A DNA stretch of 64,000 nt from a virus: IMG/VR virus record IMGVR_UViG_3300046501_000246; one strand, written 5' to 3'. The notes under the pieces are model-generated. The model saw nothing but the letters and a program-made list of their open reading frames with translations, was not told the DNA's origin and searched no databases. This document shows positions 38,710 to 48,692 of the stretch, piece by piece (the first letter of the stretch is position 1; every line of letters begins with the position of its first letter). Position numbers and translations under genes: made by a program.

Positions 38710-39067
38710 ATGACCATCAAATTATTTGATTATAAGCTTTCTAAATTAACAGAGAAACGAGACGTGGCGATGAGTGCCGGTGCAACAGCCGTCGCGTTGA
38801 GACTGACATACGAAATTCTTGAACTAATTAATAATGAAAAGACTTTAAGAAAATTAGTATATAATGTATAGAGAATTTCATTGTAAAATAGTTAGGGACG
38901 AACTTCCAAACGAAGAGGGAAGATGGGTTTCCTATATTGTAAAAGAGGGAGAAGATATCCCTACTTATGATACAATTATTAGAAATGGATGCCATATAGT
39001 CGCTTTGAGGGAAATCAAACCCGGACCCTCGGATCAGCCGGGGTTTATGGGTCAAGTTAATTTATAA
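38710..39067 (+). CDS. two small hypothetical proteins (about 38710-38871; 38864-39067)
   Basis: ORF track. Confidence 0.5.
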
Positions 39068-39070
39068 AAT

Positions 39071-40810
39071 ATGACAATAAAAATTGACAGACTGAACGGG
39101 CTTTATGTTGCGCGATGCACCTATGAAGAACGCTTAATTCTAAAACGCGTAGGCTTTAAATTTAATGGTACTCGTTGGGTCACTGAAAATGATGACACGG
39201 CTAGGAAGCTTTATGATAACTGCGTCGATGCGGCAAAAGAACGTCTCGATAACTTAGACGAAATCAAGCGCCAACTCGTAGAGGCTAGTTTCGCAGATGA
39301 TTATGACGGACACCTTCTTGCACCCGATGGCCTGACCTACCTCCCGTTCCAGCGCGCCGGTATTGCGTATGCGCTGGAACGCCCTGATACATTGATCGCA
39401 GACAGTCCCGGCCTTGGCAAGACGGTTCAAGCCCTTGGCGTTATCAATAACTTATCCGACGTAAAGAATGTTCTACTTGTTGTGCCTGCCTCGCTCAAAC
39501 TTAATTGGGAGAAAGAGGCAAAGAAATGGGTCAGACCTGAACTAGGCCTGACCATTGGCACCGCTCATACCAAACCTAAAATCATTATTGATGCCGAAGG
39601 CACAAAGAAATCCATAACGGAATACATTTGGCCCGACGATAATATTGTAATTATTAATTACGATATGTTGGAGCAGTTTCATGACGAGGTAAGATCGCGC
39701 AAGTGGGATGTTCTGGTCTGTGACGAGGCTCACGTTCTAAAAAATAAAGAAGCCCGCAAGACCAAGCAAGTCATTGGTTACGAGGGAAAGCGTCGTAAAG
39801 ATAAAATCAGCGCTATTGAAGCTATCAAGAGAATTTTCCTGACCGGCACTCCTATCCTCAACAAGCCGCTCGACATGTTCTGCGTCATTTCAGCGTTTGG
39901 TTTTGAAAACGTATTTGGCAATTACATTAAATTTATCAAGAAGTTTTGCGCCGCGTTTGAAACCCCTTGGGGCCATTGGGATACGACTGGCACAGACAAT
40001 TTGGAAGAGTTTCAAGAACTTCTCCGCAGCACGTTTATGATTCGTCGCCACAAGAACGATGTGTTGAAAGAGCTTCCGCCTAAGCGCAGACAGATTATCA
40101 CTCTACCTCAAGACGGCCTTTCCAGACTTGTCAAGAAAGAAAAGCAAATCTTTCAAGATAATTTGAAAAGCCTTATGATCCTAAACGGCGAAAAGACCGA
40201 AGCAGATTACGAGGAAATGACTGACCTTCAACTCAGGCATCTTATTGATAATATTCACGAAAGAACAAAAAATTTCAGTGATGTAGAAGACTTTGATAAT
40301 TATGAGGCGACCCACTTCGAAGCCATCGCCAATGCCAGAGAAGAAATCGGCTTAGCCAAACTTCCTATGATGATTGAATATATCAGGTCATTGTTAGAGA
40401 GTGGCGAGAAAGTAGTTGTGCTGGTGATCCACAGAACTGTGGCCCACAGAATAGCGGATGCGTTTGAAGGCAGCGTAAAATTCATTGGTGGCATGAGCGA
40501 CAAGGAGAAAAACGCTTCAGTTGAACGTTTTCAAACCGATCCTGATTGCCGAGTTTTTGTCGGTAATATCAATGCGGCTGGCGTGGGCATCACATTGACT
40601 GAGGCGTGGAACTTGGTCATGGGAGAGCTTTGTTTCGTACCAGCATTGTTGGAACAGGGCGAAGATAGAATTCATAGAATCGGCCAAACCGCGCATGCCC
40701 TGATTCACTATCTCATTGTTTCCGGTTCGTTGGAAGAACGGTTGATGGAGATTGTGTTAGAGAAGCTAGAAATGATTCACGTCGCATTAGATAGGAAGAA
40801 AAATGTCTGA
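39071..40810 (+). CDS. SNF2-family (SMARCAL1/HARP-like) helicase
   Basis: ADSPGLGKTVQAL, VVPASLKLNW, DEAH, LTGTP, QGEDRIHRIGQ. Confidence 0.9.
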   Translation: MTIKIDRLNGLYVARCTYEERLILKRVGFKFNGTRWVTENDDTARKLYDNCVDAAKERLDNLDEIKRQLVEASFADDYDGHLLAPDGLTYLPFQRAGIAYALERPDTLIADSPGLGKTVQALGVINNLSDVKNVLLVVPASLKLNWEKEAKKWVRPELGLTIGTAHTKPKIIIDAEGTKKSITEYIWPDDNIVIINYDMLEQFHDEVRSRKWDVLVCDEAHVLKNKEARKTKQVIGYEGKRRKDKISAIEAIKRIFLTGTPILNKPLDMFCVISAFGFENVFGNYIKFIKKFCAAFETPWGHWDTTGTDNLEEFQELLRSTFMIRRHKNDVLKELPPKRRQIITLPQDGLSRLVKKEKQIFQDNLKSLMILNGEKTEADYEEMTDLQLRHLIDNIHERTKNFSDVEDFDNYEATHFEAIANAREEIGLAKLPMMIEYIRSLLESGEKVVVLVIHRTVAHRIADAFEGSVKFIGGMSDKEKNASVERFQTDPDCRVFVGNINAAGVGITLTEAWNLVMGELCFVPALLEQGEDRIHRIGQTAHALIHYLIVSGSLEERLMEIVLEKLEMIHVALDRKKNV

Positions 40811-41598
40811 CGATCATGTATTTAAACTTCTTATTTTCATTTTGGCGAAGAGGAATGGCGGAACATTGGTTATCGACAAGTTTGACTTGTTGCAATTTTC
40901 TCCCTCGGTGACAGAAAGACTTTACTTCAACGAAGACAGGGAACATCAACACTGGATATTGGAAGTCAGAGATGTATAGAAAAAGAAGTGAATGCCGGTG
41001 CATGTGTCACACATTGGGAGGAATGCACTTCGTTGCGTGTTGCGTCCCTGATGAATATTTCAAAACAGAGGAAATTAAAGAAGATGAAGTTCAAAGAAAA
41101 CGTTGAACCACTGGTCACGTCAGAATTTTTCTATGACCTGTTTGATGGCGGCTATATCGAGCCCTCCGATCTTTTGGTTGCCGAAGATGCGAAGCGCGTC
41201 AACGAAGCTGTCAGGCTCATCCTAGAATTTAGGGATAGGTTGGAAGAAGAAGGCATTATGGAATATTGCTGATGAAGTTTAGAAAGTATGATAAGACGTG
41301 GGTTGATATGGACGCGGATTTTGATTTCTATGGCCTATTAGCCGAAGAGTCAGGCGTCCCACGTCGTGCCGCAAAGCTTCTTTTTTGGAACGTGGTATAC
41401 CATGCCAATGACTTGAGGCTAGGCGCGGCGGCTCAGGAAGTTAGAATTGACGAAATCTTGCCAGAGGATGGTGCTAAATATTCCCTTACAGGGAGCTACG
41501 TCAGACCCATTGCAACGCATTACATTATAGAGCGCATGAGAGTTTTGGATAAATTAGGCAAAATTAATTACGAAATGTCTGTTGACAGCCGAATCTAA
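40803..41598 (+). CDS. small hypothetical proteins (40803-40979, about 41083-41272, 41266-41598)
   Basis: ORF track plus manual translation. Confidence 0.5.
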
Positions 41599-41610
41599 AA
41601 CGACTATATC
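41582..41610 (+). promoter_or_regulatory. sigma70-like promoter
   Basis: TTGACA-N17-TATATC; TAAGGAG SD before ATG 41658. Confidence 0.6.
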
Positions 41611-41657
41611 AACAATGCGTAAACGAATTCCGCATCAACTAACTAAGGAGATATTGT

Positions 41658-42569
41658 ATGATTAAGAAAATGATTTTGGGTGCTGCTCTCGCTCTTGCCA
41701 CAATGGCTGGAACTGCTGCAATGGCTCAGGAAACCCCCACGCTGAAGTTTTGCTCCGGCACTAAGGGTGGAGTTTATGACTTTACCGCTGAAGTACTGAA
41801 GCAGCAACTTGCCGGTACGGTGAATGTTGTCAACGTCAATACCGAAGGATCGGGAGATAATCTCAAGAAGATCGCTAGTGGCGATTGCGATGCATCTATG
41901 GCGCAGAGTGATGCTCTATATCTGTATGGCAAGGAAAATCCGAACGCTCTCGATCTGATCGTTCTGGAAAGTAACCTTTACACCGAGTATTTCCACCTGA
42001 TTTGTAATCGAAAGTCTGGTGTGACGCAGTTCTCCGATCTTAACAAGAGCACTGTTGTTTACTCTGGTGGGAAAGACTCTGGCCATGCTATTACGCTTCG
42101 TGGCCTCATCGCGGCTGACGTGGAAAATGGCGGCGCGGATTACAAGGAAGTTCCAATCGATAATGGCGGCGGCGCAGCTGCTTTGATTAAGCTGAACGGC
42201 GGTAAGGGTGCTTGCCTCGCTTATACAGGCGCTCCGGGTGGCAAGTTCGTTACTGGTGAAGCATCTAAGTTCGCTGAAACTCTGGTCCTTGTGCCGGTAG
42301 AAGATAAGGACTTCAACGACGCGGAATACACCGACTCCAATGGTGTGAAGCAGTCGGTTTGGACCAACGTGGTAATGCCTTATAGTTCTTATGGCAAGCT
42401 CATGCCTTCCGGTACGTTCGGTCGTAAGGATGTCAATACCATGGGTGTCGCGTCTGAAATCGTTATCTCTTCGGCATGGTCCACAGCAAATCCCGATGCC
42501 TTTGGCGAAGTAGGTCTCTCGATCCCCGACGTGAAGAATTTGGTCCGCTCGACCAAGAAGCTTCAGTAA
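41658..42569 (+). CDS. TAXI-type TRAP solute-binding-protein-like periplasmic protein
   Basis: signal peptide ending AMA-Q; SGTKGGVY, NTEGSGDNL..IASG..D.SMAQSDA, LYTEYFHLI, FSDL, GGKDSGH. Confidence 0.75.
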   Translation: MIKKMILGAALALATMAGTAAMAQETPTLKFCSGTKGGVYDFTAEVLKQQLAGTVNVVNVNTEGSGDNLKKIASGDCDASMAQSDALYLYGKENPNALDLIVLESNLYTEYFHLICNRKSGVTQFSDLNKSTVVYSGGKDSGHAITLRGLIAADVENGGADYKEVPIDNGGGAAALIKLNGGKGACLAYTGAPGGKFVTGEASKFAETLVLVPVEDKDFNDAEYTDSNGVKQSVWTNVVMPYSSYGKLMPSGTFGRKDVNTMGVASEIVISSAWSTANPDAFGEVGLSIPDVKNLVRSTKKLQ

Positions 42570-42570
42570 A

Positions 42571-42967
42571 ATGTTCTCGGACTATAAGATTGAAGGTGAA
42601 GGCGGCGAAAGTCGCCTTCATTTTTCCGTTAGGGAAGAGTTGAGAAAGCAGATACTTAGGGCCTCTGCCAAATTTATAAGGCCACGGCTTGACTTTGTTT
42701 ATAACGAAAAAACTCATATGCTGACATATACTATCACAGAAACGGCACATTTAAATGACGAAGAAAAGAAATGTTTACGTATGGGTGGATAGACCCACCG
42801 CAACCGTCATCGTCCATAAGAATATATCATCATTCTTAGATTTTGAAGGACGATTGACAGTTGAATACAATTTCTACAAAGAAGCGCAGTGGGGCGCTGA
42901 CAAGTACGACAAAGCAGTTTATCCCGCTGGCACTTATCTCAGGTACGAAGTTAGATACGAGGAGTAA
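42571..42967 (+). CDS. two hypothetical proteins (42571-42792; about 42755-42967)
   Basis: ORF track. Confidence 0.5.
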
Positions 42968-42971
42968 AAAA

Positions 42972-43973
42972 GTGAAACAATTGATTCGTCTTGAATTTGG
43001 CTCATCGCTTTACGGGACGCGCACTCCTGAAAGCGACACTGATTATAAGGGCGTTCACGTTCCGGAAGCTCGCGATTTGATTATGCAAGACGCGGCTCGT
43101 GTTATCTCCAATTCAACCGGTAGTGATAAGACGAAGAACACTAAAGAAGATGTAGACGACGAAAGTTTCTCTCTCCTGAAGTTCTTCGACATGCTGAAGA
43201 AGGGCGATATGGTGGCCCAAGAGTTGCTTCATGTTCCTTTCGACAAAGCTATTACCGTTTCCTCGGAATGGAAAGACCTGATCATCCCTAATCGCCACAA
43301 GCTTGTGGCTCGCGATATTAAGGGCTTTGTAGGATATATCAGGACGCAGTCAAACCGCTACGGGATTCGAGGCTCGCGTGTCGCCACGGCTCGCAACGCG
43401 ACGGACCTGTTCTCATTTTGGGTCGCGAGTTATGGCGCTAACACCAAGATCAAAGACGTTCCCATGTTCCACGAAGAGCTTGAGCGTTTCATCGTAGTCA
43501 ATGAGCATTCCCAATTCGTTGAGATGCCTGTGGCTAAAGGTTCGACCGAGACAGTCGAATATTTCGAAGCGATTAACCGCAAGGTTGGCTACACCATTGC
43601 TTTGAAAGAGGCTCACGCGATCTACAAGCGTAGTTTCGATGAGTATGGCTCTAGGGCGCTCATGGCGGAACAGAATGAAGGTGTGGACTGGAAAGCATTG
43701 TATCACGCCATACGGGTCTCTGAGCAGGCCATGGAGCTACTTCAAACAGGTGAAATCACTTTCCCGCGTCACAATGCTACTGAGCTTCTAACGATTAAGC
43801 GTGGCGAACATCCCTACAAAGATATTGCCTCTCAGTTAGAAGATAACCTTGACAAATTAGAAAAATTAATGTTAGTATCTGATTTGCCAGAGAAGGTAGA
43901 TGAAAATTTTATGGACGAAGTTGTTCATGATCTTCACCTCAACGAGATTTACGAAGAGTATTTTCATCTGTAA
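42972..43973 (+). CDS. Pol-beta superfamily nucleotidyltransferase (RlaP-like)
   Basis: FGSSLYGTRTPESDTDYKGV, KALYHAIR, LL.IKRGE; GTG start. Confidence 0.8.
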   Translation: MKQLIRLEFGSSLYGTRTPESDTDYKGVHVPEARDLIMQDAARVISNSTGSDKTKNTKEDVDDESFSLLKFFDMLKKGDMVAQELLHVPFDKAITVSSEWKDLIIPNRHKLVARDIKGFVGYIRTQSNRYGIRGSRVATARNATDLFSFWVASYGANTKIKDVPMFHEELERFIVVNEHSQFVEMPVAKGSTETVEYFEAINRKVGYTIALKEAHAIYKRSFDEYGSRALMAEQNEGVDWKALYHAIRVSEQAMELLQTGEITFPRHNATELLTIKRGEHPYKDIASQLEDNLDKLEKLMLVSDLPEKVDENFMDEVVHDLHLNEIYEEYFHL

Positions 43974-43986
43974 GCATTAAGGAAAC

Positions 43987-45023
43987 ATGGTGGATAATTT
44001 AGATACGCCTTTAGACGTAGAACGATACCACTTCGAAAAACATTTGGTTGGCCTAGACTGGCAACCAAATGTTTGGTGGGACGAAGATTATTTAGAAATC
44101 ATTTACGAGTGGATCAGCAAAGATAGAACGCGACACGTCGTTGTCACTTTAGATGGCACGGATGGACGCTACAGGTATTGTTATCTCCTCGGCGGACTGT
44201 TTGTAACTGGCAGAGAATTTGACCCGCTAGTGACGCATTTCCCCAATGACTTAAGGGAGTATCTTAATGAATAAAATTTATTATGTACTTCAAAAGCGTA
44301 CCGAGGGTAGTTTTTTCAATGTCGGGATTGTGGATGACATTGAGTTAGCCAAAGCTTGGGTAGAAATGGCTTTGGCTTTAGGTTATCGTCGTTTCGACAC
44401 ATTAGAGTTAAACAAGGAAGAACTATTTAAATGATTCGTTATAAATCCGGCGACGTGCTTCAGTTCAAGAATTGTAAAGAAATTAAAAGAATTATCATTA
44501 AAGCCACCAGCGATGGCTACATATTTACAAAGGAAGTTTCCGGCCTAGCGGAAGATAGCTCTGATTCTAACGACCCTTTCTTCGAAGACGGATGGAGAAT
44601 TTATGATAACGATTAAAGTAGAAGAGCGCGACGATTATTGGGAATGTGGCGATAGATGTTGCTCCAATTACGACACAGTGAGTGTGTTCCATTATAACGG
44701 TGAAACATACGAGTATCGCAGCAGTGATGCTCATTACAATTTTAGAAATTTTGCCGAAGAAGTTTTAAAAATTAAGTTTGAGTATGATTATGTGGAGTAA
44801 GTTTGAAACGGAAACCCCCGTACCGGGGAGTAAAATTGTAATTGTCTCGGAACGCGGCGCGTCTTGTTACGCCGCTTATGTTAATAAAAACGGTGACATT
44901 CTATATGCTGAAGACGGTGAATCACTTAGCGGCGGCGGATGGGACAGAACCACGCTCTGGACCTATCTGCCCAATGATCATCCGATTCAATTTATGGAAC
45001 AGACAGACGCGGATTGGTACTGA
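43987..45023 (+). CDS. run of small hypothetical proteins (43987-44274, about 44450-44616, 44603-44800, 44787-45023)
   Basis: ORF track. Confidence 0.55.
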
Positions 45024-45183
45024 TGACAGAATTTTACGAAATCCTTTTGAGACAACTTAAAAATAAAGAAGCTTTAGATTCTCCTCGCGTTGAACTAACT
45101 CATCACGATCTTAGAATTTTTATTGCTTTAGTGGAAAAAGAGATTCGCAAAACATACGAACAATGGGAGTGGAACGGCTCGTA

Positions 45184-45750
45184 ATGGCTAAATTACATTT
45201 TTTCTACAGCGTAATGAACGCTGGTAAATCAACTGCCTTACTCCAAGCCGCACATAATTATGAAACTAAGGGTTGGAAGGTTTATTATTTCACTTCTGCT
45301 ATTGACAATCGCGACAAAGTAGGTTACATCAGTTCCAGAGTAGGAATTAAACGCGCCGCCGTGGCCCTTACTCAAACTGATTTGTTTGTAGAAAATGTCT
45401 CAATGCATGATTGGGAAAAGTCTGTCATCTTCGTTGATGAGATTCAATTTTTTACCGCTAAACAAATCAAAGAACTTGCTGATATAGTTGATTATTTCAA
45501 AATCCCTGTTCTCTGCTACGGCCTCAAGAATAATTCAAATGGTACGCTATTTGGACCCGCCATTGAAACCCTCCTCGCACTTGCCGATCAAATCAAAGAA
45601 ATAAAAACGGTATGTCGGTGTGGCGCTAAAGCAACTCAAATTTTAAGACACAGTAACGGCAGCCCTGTAATCACTACTGACGTAGTTGAAGTCGGAGATA
45701 GTGAATATGAGTCGGTTTGTCGATTCCATTGGAAAGAAGCTTTTAAATGA
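45184..45750 (+). CDS. tdk: thymidine kinase
   Basis: YSVMNAGKSTALLQ, FVDEIQF, PVLCYGL, CRCG..AT, YESVCRFHW. Confidence 0.92.
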   Translation: MAKLHFFYSVMNAGKSTALLQAAHNYETKGWKVYYFTSAIDNRDKVGYISSRVGIKRAAVALTQTDLFVENVSMHDWEKSVIFVDEIQFFTAKQIKELADIVDYFKIPVLCYGLKNNSNGTLFGPAIETLLALADQIKEIKTVCRCGAKATQILRHSNGSPVITTDVVEVGDSEYESVCRFHWKEAFK

Positions 45751-46070
45751 CTGAAGAAGAAGAAAAGTCCGTTTCATCTATTGCCGTATTTTTTGCTCTA
45801 ATTATTGTACCATTTTCTGTATTTCTGAATGCCTATACTTTATCCTATCTCTGGCTCTGGTTCATTGTCCCGCTAGGAGTTCCTGTAATTGGTATGGTTC
45901 ACGCCCTAGGGCTGATTGCGCTTAAGGGTTTCTTGACTTTTAATTTTGTCGCTCCCAAAACAGAAAACGGGAAGTCGCTGGCAGATAAGGTGGTTAGCAA
46001 CACAGTCAAAAGTATTGCTGTTCCGCTCACCACCTTAGCGCTTGGTTTTATTTACCACAGCTTTATGTAA
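45747..46070 (+). CDS. membrane protein
   Basis: three hydrophobic segments. Confidence 0.65.
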   Translation: MTEEEEKSVSSIAVFFALIIVPFSVFLNAYTLSYLWLWFIVPLGVPVIGMVHALGLIALKGFLTFNFVAPKTENGKSLADKVVSNTVKSIAVPLTTLALGFIYHSFM

Positions 46071-46087
46071 TTGGAAATTTTAATTTA

Positions 46088-46606
46088 ATGGGTTATATTA
46101 CAACATTTACGGGGATTGATTTTAATCCCCTCAAATTCACTGAAGACGATTTTGATATTGAAGATATTGCCCACGCCCTTTCGATGAATTGCCGTTGGGC
46201 CGGTCATTGTAGCGCGTTCTATAGCGTGGCACAGCATAGTGTTTATGTCGCTCGCTTCATGCAACGAAATCAAATGCTTGGTCTTCTTCATGACGGCAGT
46301 GAAGCTTATGGCTCAGACATGCCAACGCCATTCAAGAACATTCTTCCCGACTTTAGAAAGTTGGAAGATAATATTCAGGCAAAAATCTATAAAAAATTCC
46401 TTGGTAAAATCCCTACGGAAGAAGAGCATCGTTACCTTAAAGTTTACGACAAGCTTTTGCTTGACTTTGAAGGCACGACGTTTATTAAGCATTGGGGTGC
46501 TCCAATTGACACCTCAATCATTAGACAGGTAGATGAGAAGTTTCATCCTTGGACCCCGGCAGAGGCGAAGGAGAAGTTTCTTAAAGAGTTTAGGAAGTTG
46601 ATTTAA
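46088..46606 (+). CDS. HD-domain phosphohydrolase, YfbR/5'-deoxynucleotidase-like
   Basis: IEDIAHALS..CRWAGH, YSVAQHSV, LLHDGSEAY.SD.PTPFK. Confidence 0.85.
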   Translation: MGYITTFTGIDFNPLKFTEDDFDIEDIAHALSMNCRWAGHCSAFYSVAQHSVYVARFMQRNQMLGLLHDGSEAYGSDMPTPFKNILPDFRKLEDNIQAKIYKKFLGKIPTEEEHRYLKVYDKLLLDFEGTTFIKHWGAPIDTSIIRQVDEKFHPWTPAEAKEKFLKEFRKLI

Positions 46607-46608
46607 TA

Positions 46609-47892
46609 ATGGACCTTTCTTCGATTACTACTGTAGCAGAATCGCAGTTTCATATTTGGCTACAGTCTCAGCTTAAAAACGATTTCCTCATTGCTGGTAT
46701 TGGCACGGTAGCGCTTTCAGGAATTATGTACACTCTGAAAAGCATTCCCGGCAAGATTTGGAACGCGGTATATCATCGCTCCACCATTACGATCAATGTC
46801 TTCAGTGACAACGATAATTTCGTTGACGTTGTCACTGAATTTAATAAAAACACTATCAATTTCCTGTCCCGCCAAAATATTTTGGACGGGGATAAGATGA
46901 GTGTTGGACTAGGCACGTCTTGGACCAGATTTCGCGGCCACATCGTTAAGCTGGAGCGTCAAAAAGAAAAGTCAGACAGCAAAGATTTCAAGCAAGACCT
47001 GACTGTCACGCATTTTTTCACGTCGAAGAAAAAAGTATTAAAGCTTTATGAAGACTTCTTTGAAGAGAAGAAGGCGAAAAATAAAGATAAAATTAAAATC
47101 TACAGCCTGACCAAGGATTGGGTTCAGCATCTGAAAGATATGCCGAAGCGTAACAGAGACGGCGTATTTATTGATCCAGACATTCTTGTGCATATCGAAA
47201 AAAGAATTAAATTCTTTCAAGATAATAGAACTTGGTATGAGGATCGCGGCATCCCTTATAAATATGCCATCCTTCTCCATGGTGTTCCCGGTACGGGAAA
47301 AACCACGCTCGCCAAATATATCGCTTCGATTACGAACCGTCACGTTGTCATGGTTAGCCCGACTCGCTTGCCGGGGCTAGCGCTAGCGCTAAACGGTATT
47401 TATGATCCAGACGACAGGCAGGAGCATGAACGCGCTTCTTATCTAGGAATCATGGAAGATATTGATTGCGACAACATCACGGCTAAACGTGACGAAGCGC
47501 CGGATGATGACGATGATGACGACAACAAAGTTACGGGAAGCAACGGCGAAGAGTTTAGTCTGATCTCCTTGGCCGACCTCCTTAACGCAATCGACGGCAT
47601 TAATGCGCCTGAGAATTTCATCCTTGTCGCGACAACCAATCACTTAGGTAAGCTCGATCCTGCTCTTTTCAGGAAGGGCCGGTTTGACGACGTGATTGAA
47701 ATTAAGCCGCTCGAAACGCCTGAGATTATCCGCATGGTTAAGTTCTTTTTTGAAAGACAGGACGCGGAAGGTTTTGCCAAGGAGTACGGACCGATCCCCG
47801 GCGCTGTGCTACAAGACATTATCCTGCAATATTATGACGATGGCGTTGATAAAGTTATTGAGGTTTTGAATGAAGAATTTAGCAGAGTTTGA
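46609..47892 (+). CDS. BCS1-like membrane-anchored AAA+ ATPase
   Basis: N-terminal TM; WY..RGIPYK..ILLHGVPGTGKT, MEDID, LLNAIDG, TTNH..KLDPAL.R.GRFD. Confidence 0.85.
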   Translation: MDLSSITTVAESQFHIWLQSQLKNDFLIAGIGTVALSGIMYTLKSIPGKIWNAVYHRSTITINVFSDNDNFVDVVTEFNKNTINFLSRQNILDGDKMSVGLGTSWTRFRGHIVKLERQKEKSDSKDFKQDLTVTHFFTSKKKVLKLYEDFFEEKKAKNKDKIKIYSLTKDWVQHLKDMPKRNRDGVFIDPDILVHIEKRIKFFQDNRTWYEDRGIPYKYAILLHGVPGTGKTTLAKYIASITNRHVVMVSPTRLPGLALALNGIYDPDDRQEHERASYLGIMEDIDCDNITAKRDEAPDDDDDDDNKVTGSNGEEFSLISLADLLNAIDGINAPENFILVATTNHLGKLDPALFRKGRFDDVIEIKPLETPEIIRMVKFFFERQDAEGFAKEYGPIPGAVLQDIILQYYDDGVDKVIEVLNEEFSRV

Positions 47893-48622
47893 TTATCTAA
47901 AAAAGCTGGAAGACAGTGTCGAGACTTATATCCCGGCTGATCAATATATGGTGGCCCGTTTAGATGGTCACGGCTTCCACAATTTCACCAAAGGCTTGAA
48001 GCGCCCATTTGATGGAACGCTTCGCGAGACAATGGCGGATGTAACAAAGCTGCTGATGGAACGCTATGGAGCGACTGAAAGCTATACGCAGTCCGATGAA
48101 ATCACTTTGATCTGGCATCCCCGCATGAACCGTAACGGTACTGGTTGGGTAGAGCATCCACATTCGGGCCGTGTCATGAAGCTCGCAACTCTCATGGCAA
48201 GTTTTTGCTCCACAGAATTTTATAAATTAATTCAAGGATATAAGGTCACAAACTATAACGGCTTCGACTGCCGCGTCTACGGAGGAATGGAGAATGTTGC
48301 GATAGACAGTAAGAGATTTAGGTTCATTGACTGCGCCACGAACGCGTATCAACAAGTCGCGCAATCGTTGTGGAGCCAGAAACAGTTAAACGGTGTCAGC
48401 ATTCAGCAAATCAAAACGATGCTTAGCGAGAAAAACATTAATGTTTGGCAAGCCTATGGCGATGACGCAATGTTAGGTGTTTATTTTTATAAAGAAGAAG
48501 TTATTGTCCCTAGTGAACGAACATATAATCTTTTTGGTCACGAGGCTAAAATTATAAACAAAACAGGTCGTTACAGAATCGTTAGATCAAACGGTGCTGA
48601 AATGATGCGGAGATTAAAATAA
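47870..48622 (+). CDS. thg1: tRNA(His) guanylyltransferase Thg1/TLP family 3'-5' polymerase
   Basis: ARLDGHGFHNFTK...PFD, YTQSDEITL, FDCR, DC..NA. Confidence 0.85.
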   Translation: MKNLAEFDYLKKLEDSVETYIPADQYMVARLDGHGFHNFTKGLKRPFDGTLRETMADVTKLLMERYGATESYTQSDEITLIWHPRMNRNGTGWVEHPHSGRVMKLATLMASFCSTEFYKLIQGYKVTNYNGFDCRVYGGMENVAIDSKRFRFIDCATNAYQQVAQSLWSQKQLNGVSIQQIKTMLSEKNINVWQAYGDDAMLGVYFYKEEVIVPSERTYNLFGHEAKIINKTGRYRIVRSNGAEMMRRLK

Positions 48623-48626
48623 TATA

Positions 48627-48655
48627 TTGACTTTTTAATTTTTATATGATACGCT
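48627..48655 (+). promoter_or_regulatory. sigma70-like promoter
   Basis: TTGACT-N17-TACGCT with TG extension. Confidence 0.6.
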
Positions 48656-48692
48656 TACCACGATTTTAACATAGAGTAGAAAAATAAAAAGA

